From a virus, in the IMG/VR virus record IMGVR_UViG_3300046507_000271, positions 1-54,222 of that record: a stretch of DNA of 54,222 nucleotides; one strand, written 5' to 3'. The notes under the pieces are model-generated. The model ran no database searches, had not been told where the DNA came from, and saw nothing but the letters and a program-made list of their open reading frames with translations. Of the stretch, positions 9,102 to 15,884 are shown in pieces; within the stretch, counting starts at the first letter, position 1, and the number at the start of each line of letters is the position of its first letter. The translations under genes and the position numbers were made by a program.

Positions 9102-9836
9102 TCAGAACTTAATTTTCAGCTCGATCGCATCCGCATCATTCCACAACGGCGGGACGCTTCGACTCTCGCTGCTGACGCGCATGAAGTAGTGCCTGTAGCT
9201 CAGCGTGAACCGTCCGTTGCCGACCGACGCGCCAACGACCGGCGCGACGGACCAATGCGTATCGGATAGGTGCAGATTCTGCGGCGCAACCGTCTTATCG
9301 ATCTGCCATCCAACGACGTCTTCCGACCAGCTATCGCGGTGAATGTATGCGCCGGCTTCGACGCCAAGGCGGACGCCATATGCCCAGTAGTAGGGCTCCA
9401 CGGTGAGCGCCACGCCTTGCGAACGTCCTGAGCCGGTGAAGTAAGCAGCCGGCGCGTCAAACCGATTCGTGAAGTGGTGCGTGTTGGCGTTGTAGTTCTC
9501 GTCTCGGGGCGTGCATGCGCAGCTTGCCGCCGCACGACCGAGATTCACGTACTCGGCGTGCCAGTCCATGCCCCACTTGCCGCGCGTGATGAGCGGGCCG
9601 GTGAATCCGAGGGAGAACGCCGGCGGCTTGCTCGTGAGCCTGTTGTCGCCGTTCGGCATGCCTTGCTGATACCAGCGGCCGTCCTGTGTCGTGTAATGCG
9701 AGGCCCCGATGCCGACTTCGCCCTGCACATATTCGTTGATGTAGTCGGCATGCGCCGACGTCGCCGCGAAGGCCATTGAAGTAATCAGTGCTGCCGCGTG
9801 AACGATGCGTGTCGTCGAAAATTGAGCAATGTTCAT
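9102..9836 (-). CDS. Outer-membrane beta-barrel protein with a signal peptide
   Basis: Start at ATG 9836 with a GGGGGA RBS, giving MNIAQFSTTRIVHAAALITSMAFAATSAHA|D. Shows alternating aromatic/hydrophilic strands and a C-terminal ...AIELKIKF with terminal Phe. Confidence 0.6.
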   Translation of the reverse strand: MNIAQFSTTRIVHAAALITSMAFAATSAHADYINEYVQGEVGIGASHYTTQDGRWYQQGMPNGDNRLTSKPPAFSLGFTGPLITRGKWGMDWHAEYVNLGRAAASCACTPRDENYNANTHHFTNRFDAPAAYFTGSGRSQGVALTVEPYYWAYGVRLGVEAGAYIHRDSWSEDVVGWQIDKTVAPQNLHLSDTHWSVAPVVGASVGNGRFTLSYRHYFMRVSSESRSVPPLWNDADAIELKIKF

Positions 9837-9837
9837 T

Positions 9838-10803
9838 TCATCCCCCGATGAGCTGCGCAACGAGTGGGCCGATCACGGCGGATTCGCGCTGCGCTTTGAT
9901 GTTGTCCAGATAGGCGTCAGGAACCAGGCAACTAGCCATGTGCGATTGCCAGTCAGGCAATGCGCTGATGTATGCGTACTGCTTGATGATCGCCACGTCG
10001 TAGGCGACTGCTGCGTCGTCCATCGCCTGCACGTAGGCGGCAAGTTGCGGATGGTCCGAGTCGCAGACAGGCCCGGATTCTTCGAGCACTGGCGTCTTGC
10101 CGGCCGCTCTCACTGCAACGACCCAATCAGCCAGGTATTGCCGGTAATCAGCCACGGTTTCGCCGCCGAGTGCATCGTTTATCGTGTGGCTTTCGATCAC
10201 GATGCTTGCTGCAGATAACTTGATACGGTCCGCGAACGGATCTCCGTTGCCATCCATGCCGCGCAATTCGTTGTAGAGGCTGCTCGATGTGCCGCCGGTC
10301 GCGCGGTTCGTTACGGTGATGCCGGTATCGTTGAACCGCTGTTGCAGAAGCGATTGAAGGGCGGCCGGCTCATTGGGCGATACGACGGACGGGGAGCCGT
10401 ATTGATTCAGGGCGAATCCCGCCATCTGGTCGTCGCCATATACTTCGATCTTGACCGCCGGCGTTGAAGCGGGAGCTGGAGCGGCAGGAGCCGACGCAGG
10501 CGCGGGATTAGATGCGGCAGAGGGCGCCGACGCAGCCGAATCAGCCCGGCTAGGCGACGATGCCGGGTCAGGCGCGGATGCCGACGACGCAGGGATTGCG
10601 AGAGCAGGCGCGACCTGCTTAACCGTGGCTCCCTTCGCCGGCGCATCGGCACCGCCGCAGGCTGACAACATCAGCACGGCGCACACCATGAATGCGCACG
10701 CAACGGATACCGTGACAGTATCCGTGCAGATTAAATTTTTTTCGTCGCGCGGCATTGCATCGCTCGATGCACCGCGTCGTACCGCAATGCTCCAATGTTT
10801 CAT
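9838..10803 (-). CDS. Lipoprotein with an SGNH/GDSL-hydrolase-like domain (start uncertain)
   Basis: Lipobox LMLSAC|GG followed by a Pro/Ala/Ser linker. Block-like motifs are VYGDDQMAG, NRATGGTSS and ESHTINDA. The nucleophile position reads GDD rather than GDS. The first ~35 codons contain a conserved DNA element. Confidence 0.5.
   Translation of the reverse strand: MKHWSIAVRRGASSDAMPRDEKNLICTDTVTVSVACAFMVCAVLMLSACGGADAPAKGATVKQVAPALAIPASSASAPDPASSPSRADSAASAPSAASNPAPASAPAAPAPASTPAVKIEVYGDDQMAGFALNQYGSPSVVSPNEPAALQSLLQQRFNDTGITVTNRATGGTSSSLYNELRGMDGNGDPFADRIKLSAASIVIESHTINDALGGETVADYRQYLADWVVAVRAAGKTPVLEESGPVCDSDHPQLAAYVQAMDDAAVAYDVAIIKQYAYISALPDWQSHMASCLVPDAYLDNIKAQRESAVIGPLVAQLIGG
10705..10742 (-). 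promoter_or_regulatory. Operator element, flank type 1 (GGATAC-N7-GTATCC plus TGCAG/TTAAAT/T-run flank)
   Basis: Perfect palindrome at 10706-10722. The flank gtgcagattaaattttttttt is shared with the copies at 26.56, 28.69 and 34.57 kb. Confidence 0.6.
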
Positions 10804-10844
10804 GTCGTTTACTCCGTTCGTCGTTCGTTGTTATGACGATATGA

Positions 10845-10873
10845 AGGATACTAATACGGTATCGTAAACGCAA
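10845..10873 (-). promoter_or_regulatory. Sigma70-like promoter with embedded operator palindrome (type 2)
   Basis: Minus strand reads TTGCGT, a 17-bp spacer, then TATCCT. The perfect palindrome 10847-10863 occupies the spacer and -10. The leader ends AACGGAGTAAACGAC-ATG(10803). Confidence 0.6.
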
Positions 10874-10897
10874 GCAGTTTTTTGTATCGCAACCCTA

Positions 10898-10920
10898 AGC
10901 CGCCTAGTGCGGCTTTTTCT
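10898..10920 (+). terminator. Hairpin plus T-run
   Basis: Stem agccgc/gcggct followed by ttttt, between the divergent moron and lysis units. Confidence 0.45.
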
Positions 10921-10931
10921 TTGGAAGCCCG

Positions 10932-11195
10932 ATGGATCTCAACGTTTTGAACAGTTGGCTGCTCACGGCTGCCGGCGGCGCAGGAGTGGTCGTCTGGTGG
11001 CTATTTCGCACCGTTCACGCCCGCGTTGAGCGAGCAGAGACGGCGCTGGCCGAATTCAAGCTGCACTGCGCCGAGAACTACGTCACGTCGAACACACTTG
11101 AAAAGGCGCTCGACAACCTGAACAAGACGATCGGCGCGGTGTTCACGAAATTGGAGCGCATCGAGGACAAGCTTGATCTGAAGGCCGACAAATGA
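10932..11195 (+). CDS. Membrane-anchored coiled-coil protein (holin or i-spanin-like candidate)
   Basis: 87 aa. One N-terminal TMD (WLLTAAGGAGVVVWWLF) followed by a heptad-like helix. First gene of the lysis region. Confidence 0.5.
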   Translation: MDLNVLNSWLLTAAGGAGVVVWWLFRTVHARVERAETALAEFKLHCAENYVTSNTLEKALDNLNKTIGAVFTKLERIEDKLDLKADK

Positions 11196-11359
11196 CCAGC
11201 ACGCCCGCACTGCTTCAGATTGCATGTGGTGCCAGCGCTGCCAATGCCGCCAAGTACGCGGCCCCCTTGCAAGCGGCATGCGATCGCTATTCGGTCAACA
11301 CGCCGTTGCGACGGACAGGAGTGGGTTTGGGTACGTTCGCTGTGCGAAGTAGATGGTAA
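11192..11359 (+). pseudogene. Probable 5' remnant of a GH19 (chitinase-like) endolysin gene
   Basis: ATGA-coupled 55-codon ORF. MTSTPALLQIACGASAANAAKYAAPLQAACDRYSVNTPLRR matches the usual N-terminus of GH19 phage lysins. Similarity stops at ~11316, before the catalytic region, and the ORF ends at 11359. Confidence 0.35.
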
Positions 11360-11425
11360 AATCGGGGCACGCAGCGCTACGAACACTGCGCCCCCTAACC
11401 AATATCAATTTCGTGAGAATTGAAG

Positions 11426-12031
11426 ATGGCTGAACAGGATTTTAACTCCATTGAGGTTTGGGCCCAAGTACGCGGTTACGAAGGCGTATATGAGGTTTCG
11501 TCGCTTGGAGCCGTGCGTCGATGCGACAGATACCATGCGTCACCGAGGACGCTGAAGCCTGCCAGCAAGCGCGGCTATCTGCAGGTCTGTCTTTCGATGG
11601 GTGGCGTGATGCGCACGTTCACCGTTCATCGGCTTGTTTGTGAGGCGTTTATTGGCCCGCGACCAGTCGGAATGGACATCAACCACAAGAACGGCGACAA
11701 GGCTGACAACAGTGCGCCCAATCTTGAATACGTGACACACGCCGAAAACATGACGCATGCCGACGAGGTTTTGAACGTCATCGTCCCTACCAGGGCGCGA
11801 GGAGACGAGAACGGGTCGCGCGCCAGCCCGGAAAATCTAAAACGAGGCGAGCAGATAAATACTGCCGTCCTGACGGAAGAAAGAGTTCTGGCGATAAAGG
11901 AAATGCTCGGGAGTGGCGTCAAGCAGCGCGACGTTGCTGAGCATTTTTCCATTTCTCAAACGCAGGTTTGGCGAATCAGGACCGGGGTCACGTGGAGGCA
12001 CGTAACCTCCTTCAAGCCGATTTCTACCTGA
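11426..12031 (+). CDS. HNH homing endonuclease (NUMOD4-type N-terminus, HNH core, C-terminal HTH)
   Basis: WAQVRGYEGVYEVSSLGAVR (NUMOD4-like). HRLVCEAFIGPRPVGMDINHKNGDKADNSAPNLEYVTHAENM (HNH). C-terminal VKQRDVAEHFSISQTQVWRI (HTH). Low GC by eye. Confidence 0.8.
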   Translation: MAEQDFNSIEVWAQVRGYEGVYEVSSLGAVRRCDRYHASPRTLKPASKRGYLQVCLSMGGVMRTFTVHRLVCEAFIGPRPVGMDINHKNGDKADNSAPNLEYVTHAENMTHADEVLNVIVPTRARGDENGSRASPENLKRGEQINTAVLTEERVLAIKEMLGSGVKQRDVAEHFSISQTQVWRIRTGVTWRHVTSFKPIST

Positions 12032-12052
12032 CGGTCCACGAAACTCAACAGA

Positions 12053-12074
12053 ACCCGCTTCGGCGGGTTTTTTT
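12053..12074 (+). terminator. Rho-independent terminator
   Basis: Stem acccgc ttcg gcgggt followed by ttttttt. Confidence 0.7.
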
Positions 12075-12104
12075 ACGCCTACTGATTTTGCGAGGCAAGA
12101 CCTG

Positions 12105-12560
12105 ATGACCAAAACCGTTTCCCCTAATGGCGTCGCACTGACGATGCGGTTCGAAGGCTGCGATCTGGAGTCGTACCCGGACCCCGCCACGCGCGCCGAG
12201 CCGTACACGATCGGCTACGGGCATACCGGTCGGGAAGTAACGCGGGGCATGAAGATCACGCAAGCTCAGGCCGATGCGTGGCTCAAGTTGGATCTGGATA
12301 GGGCGGCAGCAACGGTCAACGCGAACGTTCGAGTACCTCTTACTCAGAACCAATTCGATGCCCTGTGCGACTTCACTTTCAACGTTGGCTCCGGAAACTT
12401 CATCGCTTCGACGCTGCTGCGCCTGCTGAACGCTGGCAACTACGACGGCGCCGCTGTGCAGTTTGACCGATGGAACCTTGCCGCCGGCCGTCAGTTACCG
12501 GGCCTCGTCAAGCGTCGCCTCGCCGAGCGCCAGCTTTTCATGAAACCGGACGGCGCATAA
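12105..12560 (+). CDS. Endolysin, GH24 (T4/P22-type) lysozyme
   Basis: FEGCDLESYPDPATRAEPYTIGYGHT carries the Glu-Asp-Thr catalytic spacing. QNQFDALCDFTFNVGSGNF and LPGLVKRRLAERQLF are typical family blocks. Confidence 0.85.
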   Translation: MTKTVSPNGVALTMRFEGCDLESYPDPATRAEPYTIGYGHTGREVTRGMKITQAQADAWLKLDLDRAAATVNANVRVPLTQNQFDALCDFTFNVGSGNFIASTLLRLLNAGNYDGAAVQFDRWNLAAGRQLPGLVKRRLAERQLFMKPDGA

Positions 12561-12585
12561 CGCGCTGCATCTCGCACTCACACAA

Positions 12586-12607
12586 GCCGCCCTCGGGCGG
12601 TTTTTTT
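12586..12607 (+). terminator. Rho-independent terminator
   Basis: Stem ccgcc ctcg ggcgg followed by ttttttt. The flank tttacgcc matches the terminator at 12053. Confidence 0.7.
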
Positions 12608-12617
12608 ACGCCCGCAC

Positions 12618-13103
12618 ATGACCGACGTTACCCAGATTCACGAAGAGAAAGAGACGTTGACCGTCGACGTCAACATCCCCGGCCATGAGCCGCGCAAGAC
12701 GACGGCTCTATTCGAGCGCACGCGCAAGCAACTGATCGCGCGTGACGGTGGCCGCTGCTTCATCTGCAATGCCACCGCCGAGCAGAGCGGCCATCCGCTC
12801 GAAGCACATCACCATCCGATCGAGCGCTCGTTTGCCGAGATGATCGACTGGGAGCGCTTCAAGTTCGACGCGCAGGCCGGTGTATGGGGCGAGGCAATAA
12901 AGGCGTTCGACTGGGACAACTTCACCGACTGGACGCAGTTCGTCGACGACATGACCGTCAACGGCATGTTGCTTTGCAAGGCGCATCACATCGGTAAAGA
13001 CGAGGGTATGCACGCTTTGCCGTTCCCGATCTGGATCGCACAGAAGTACGGCAAGGAGGGCTATCAGTTCTCTGCCGCAGAAGTCATCCACCACGCAGCA
13101 TAG
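12618..13103 (+). CDS. HNH/His-Me-finger-like protein of unknown role
   Basis: 161 aa. GRCFICN...LEAHHHPIE...NGMLLCKAHHIGKDEGMH gives a Cys pair plus His-His motifs with a ~60-aa insertion. No visible RBS. Confidence 0.45.
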   Translation: MTDVTQIHEEKETLTVDVNIPGHEPRKTTALFERTRKQLIARDGGRCFICNATAEQSGHPLEAHHHPIERSFAEMIDWERFKFDAQAGVWGEAIKAFDWDNFTDWTQFVDDMTVNGMLLCKAHHIGKDEGMHALPFPIWIAQKYGKEGYQFSAAEVIHHAA

Positions 13104-13111
13104 GAGCATTC

Positions 13112-13327
13112 ATGGCACAGAATTCCGCAGTTATTACGGGCGGCGTCGCTATCTCGACCGCTACTCTCATGCCCGCAGTTGAATGGGCGCTCGGCCTTGC
13201 ATTTCATGTGCCGGTGCCCGCCAGCGTTTCGTCACTCGTTGCTGGCGTGCTGGTGGCTGGCGCCCACGCCGGCATCAACGCAGTCAACGCGCGCGTGCAA
13301 TCGAAAGCAGCCACGCCAGCGCAGTAA
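13112..13327 (+). CDS. Small two-TMD membrane protein (holin candidate)
   Basis: 71 aa. Hydrophobic segments AVITGGVAISTATLMPAV and VSSLVAGVLVAGAHAGI. Located in the lysis region. Confidence 0.45.
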   Translation: MAQNSAVITGGVAISTATLMPAVEWALGLAFHVPVPASVSSLVAGVLVAGAHAGINAVNARVQSKAATPAQ

Positions 13328-13365
13328 CCATCCCGCCGCGCCGCGGCACTCTCTGGAACAATCCC

Positions 13366-13818
13366 ATGAAGAAGATTTTCGCCGCTCTAGCGGCAGGACT
13401 CGTTGCGCTTGCTCTTTCCGCTTGCGCCGGCGCACCTCAACTCACGTTTTCACAGCAAGTCAGCATTGCTTGCGGCGCGGCTCACGGCGAAATCGCCATT
13501 CTCAAAGGCGATGGCGTATTCACTGGCGGCGCAGAAAAGACGCTGACCGAGACCGTTCAGCCCGCAGTCGACAAGGTTTGCTCTGCCGGCGCGTCGGTTG
13601 CCAAACCGGACCTTCAATCGATCGTCAATGCGACTCTGCCGCTCGTGAAGTCGCTGGTAGATTCATCGTCGCTGTCGCCTGACAAGATCAGGGCTGCCGA
13701 CGCCGCGATTGATACTGGCGTGTTGGCGTTCAATATCGCGATCAGCCTTGCGCCGGCTATCACCGCCACGGCTCCGGTTGCGGCATCGACGCCGCTCGCT
13801 GGTGCGCCGCTGCAATGA
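13366..13818 (+). CDS. Lipoprotein (spanin candidate)
   Basis: Internal ATG 13366 gives MKKIFAALAAGLVALALSAC|AG (lipobox). 150 aa. The C-terminus GVLAFNIAISLAPAITATAPVAA is weakly hydrophobic. Confidence 0.5.
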   Translation: MKKIFAALAAGLVALALSACAGAPQLTFSQQVSIACGAAHGEIAILKGDGVFTGGAEKTLTETVQPAVDKVCSAGASVAKPDLQSIVNATLPLVKSLVDSSSLSPDKIRAADAAIDTGVLAFNIAISLAPAITATAPVAASTPLAGAPLQ

Positions 13819-14204
13819 GCAAGTTCCTGACTGATCTGCAAGTCGAGCTTATCAGTGACGCCACGAACAGCGGGCGAGGGACGTGGCGCCTGACTGCGCC
13901 GCTGATCTATGACTCTGACGTAGCGGGGCGCGTGTTCGTCGTGCCGACCGGCTTTGAATCGGACTTTGCCTCGGTGCCTCGGCTGGCTATCGCGTTCGCG
14001 TTGTGCGGCGATAGCGCTCATGCTGCAAGCGTGGTGCATGACGCGATCTATTCCTATCATTGGGTCGATCGCGCAACCGCTGATGCAGTGCTTCGAGAAG
14101 CTGCGCTAGTCTCGGGTGTCCCGGCTTGGCGGGCCGCGCTTTTGTACTATGGGGTGCGGGTCGGCGGTGGCGGTTCTCACTGGAATGGCTCGATCTCGGT
14201 CTAG
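13815..14204 (+). CDS. DUF1353-like phage protein
   Basis: ATGA overlap with the upstream gene. The pattern RVFVVPTGFESDFASVPR...HDAIY is the DUF1353 signature. Confidence 0.65.
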   Translation: MSKFLTDLQVELISDATNSGRGTWRLTAPLIYDSDVAGRVFVVPTGFESDFASVPRLAIAFALCGDSAHAASVVHDAIYSYHWVDRATADAVLREAALVSGVPAWRAALLYYGVRVGGGGSHWNGSISV

Positions 14205-14444
14205 CGCCTCTCGCACAGCCTCAGGCACGCCAGCATGGATCGGCAGACCGTTAGCCTCATAGCTGACCATCTTGCCGATCTGCTCCAGCGCGCGTTGCCC
14301 CTTGATCGCCTTGTCGCGCCAGTGATCGTGCGCTGCTTGCAGTTCTTCTAGCGAGCGCACGTATTCAACGCGAGCTTCGATCAACTGGTCGTTGACCAGC
14401 TCGCAGCGTGAACTTAGCGGGCATTCATGCTCCGGCGGTTTCAT
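14106..14444 (-). CDS. Hypothetical protein (possibly frame-disrupted)
   Basis: 112-aa ORF. Its ATG lies inside an 11-codon mini-ORF that owns the strong RBS. Its 3' end overlaps the convergent DUF1353 gene by 99 nt. Confidence 0.3.
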   Translation of the reverse strand: MKPPEHECPLSSRCELVNDQLIEARVEYVRSLEELQAAHDHWRDKAIKGQRALEQIGKMVSYEANGLPIHAGVPEAVREALDRDRAIPVRTATADPHPIVQKRGPPSRDTRD

Positions 14445-14486
14445 AGATCGCCCTCATCATCCTTCCTCCCGCGCCATTGGCGCACA

Positions 14487-14756
14487 TCAATCTGCCCGCA
14501 CTAGCGGCGCGTCAAGCTTTGCCCACTCATCTATAAATCCCGATGCGACACTTTGCGGCAACGATAATCTGTAATTGACGATACCGCCGACGACGGAAAC
14601 AAATTCCGCAGAGCCGCCGCTCTCGCGAGCTAGTTCGTCAATCTCCGATACGATCTGTCGCGCTCGATCCTCGGTCGTCGTTAGGGGTTGCTCAATAGCG
14701 TTGGCAAGGCTCGCTTGAATGTATTCCAGCATGGCTTGCAACTCGATTTCTTCCAT
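14487..14756 (-). CDS. Hypothetical protein
   Basis: ATG 14756 is preceded by GAGGAGGAAGG. 89 aa, acidic and helical. Confidence 0.4.
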   Translation of the reverse strand: MEEIELQAMLEYIQASLANAIEQPLTTTEDRARQIVSEIDELARESGGSAEFVSVVGGIVNYRLSLPQSVASGFIDEWAKLDAPLVRAD

Positions 14757-14808
14757 CCTTCCTCCTCGCGTCCATGAGCGCACTCAATCGCCCGCAGGTT
14801 GCGGGGCG

Positions 14809-15033
14809 TCAACCGCCAATTCCGTTTGCTAGGACCGCAAGGCTGGCCAAGGGCCTGTCAGCCCGCACGTCGTGCACCCGATAGTATCCGCGGTTCCATT
14901 GGCCGCCCTCGAATTCGACGCTCACTATGACGCATGGGAAGCCATCCAGCAGAACCGGATCACCGGCCTTTGCCATGCTCAAGATACGCGCATATTCTTC
15001 TTCGCCGTAGAACGGAATCCGTCCGTCGCTCAT
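14809..15033 (-). CDS. Hypothetical small beta-rich protein
   Basis: 74 aa. ATG preceded by GAGGAGGAAGG. Confidence 0.4.
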   Translation of the reverse strand: MSDGRIPFYGEEEYARILSMAKAGDPVLLDGFPCVIVSVEFEGGQWNRGYYRVHDVRADRPLASLAVLANGIGG

Positions 15034-15070
15034 CCTTCCTCCTCTAGCCTGCCATCCGGCAGCGCGTCAG

Positions 15071-15679
15071 TTACTTCCTTCCCCAGCCCAAAGCCGCTGG
15101 CCGATCATACCCAGCGTTCTTGATCTTGATCCAGTCGGTTGACCTGCCACGAGCGTAAGCGGACGACATGCGCTTGGCGACCATACCCTCGAAGCCATAG
15201 TATTGCACCTGCTCGAATACCCACGTTCCAACGCCAACAACCGCATTGGAATAAACGAGCGTTGGCGTGTCGTCGAACGTATCGCGTAGCCGCTCGCGTC
15301 GTTCGACCAGTTCCACTTTGCGAATATCCGCGTCGCCCGCGGTCAGCAGATCGAACACGTAGAGCCGTGCCGGGCACGAGCGCGCGGCGGCGACGATGTT
15401 CTTCGGCGAGGTCGTGCGCGCCCGTTGCTGGAGCCTGTCAAACGATAACGGCCCCTTCCCATCGTCAACAGACAGCTCCGCATCCCACGTGAAGTCGCCC
15501 GGCACCGCTCCGACCGCCGCAACGACGTCGGGGAATGATCGGTTGAATGGCTTGCCAGTGCGGCTCATCAAATCGACCTGTTCGCCATGCTTTCGGACCA
15601 GGCACCGGAACCCGTCATATTTCCACTCAAACAGCCATTCTTTGTCGGAGAACGGTCGACCATGCAGCGTCGCTAGCAT
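15071..15679 (-). CDS. ATP-dependent DNA ligase adenylation (nucleotidyltransferase) domain, no OB domain
   Basis: Motif I EWKYDGFR, motif III FTWDAELSV, motif IIIa RLYVFDLL, motif IV EGMVAKR, motif V WIKIKN. The protein ends 15 aa after motif V. ATG 15679 avoids overlap with the upstream ORF; the track ORF extends to 15751. Confidence 0.7.
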   Translation of the reverse strand: MLATLHGRPFSDKEWLFEWKYDGFRCLVRKHGEQVDLMSRTGKPFNRSFPDVVAAVGAVPGDFTWDAELSVDDGKGPLSFDRLQQRARTTSPKNIVAAARSCPARLYVFDLLTAGDADIRKVELVERRERLRDTFDDTPTLVYSNAVVGVGTWVFEQVQYYGFEGMVAKRMSSAYARGRSTDWIKIKNAGYDRPAALGWGRK

Positions 15680-15692
15680 CAAATCCGACGCG

Positions 15693-15881
15693 TCAATCAC
15701 GGTAGCGAGACGTCCATGCCCACGCGAGCGCGAGCTTGGCCCAGGCATCATCTTTGGGGCAGCCGGTCACGTCGCACAGATGGTCAAAGTCCTCGTCAAG
15801 GGTATGCCCGTGCTCGTTCCGCTTGGTCCGGTCGGGCAAAACGACTTCAAGGATCGCTTCAGGGTTGCGGTATTCGTACAT
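15693..15881 (-). CDS. Hypothetical protein
   Basis: 62 aa. ATG preceded by AAGGCAAGGAGGTGACCC. Confidence 0.4.
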   Translation of the reverse strand: MYEYRNPEAILEVVLPDRTKRNEHGHTLDEDFDHLCDVTGCPKDDAWAKLALAWAWTSRYRD

Positions 15882-15884
15882 GGG

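Noticed and set aside
11317-12104. Group I intron carrying the HNH gene and splitting a GH19 lysin
   Set aside because: No downstream exon continues the GH19 sequence. After the HNH gene come a terminator and a complete, unrelated GH24 lysozyme with its own start. No intron core pairings (P3-P7 type) were recognisable by eye.
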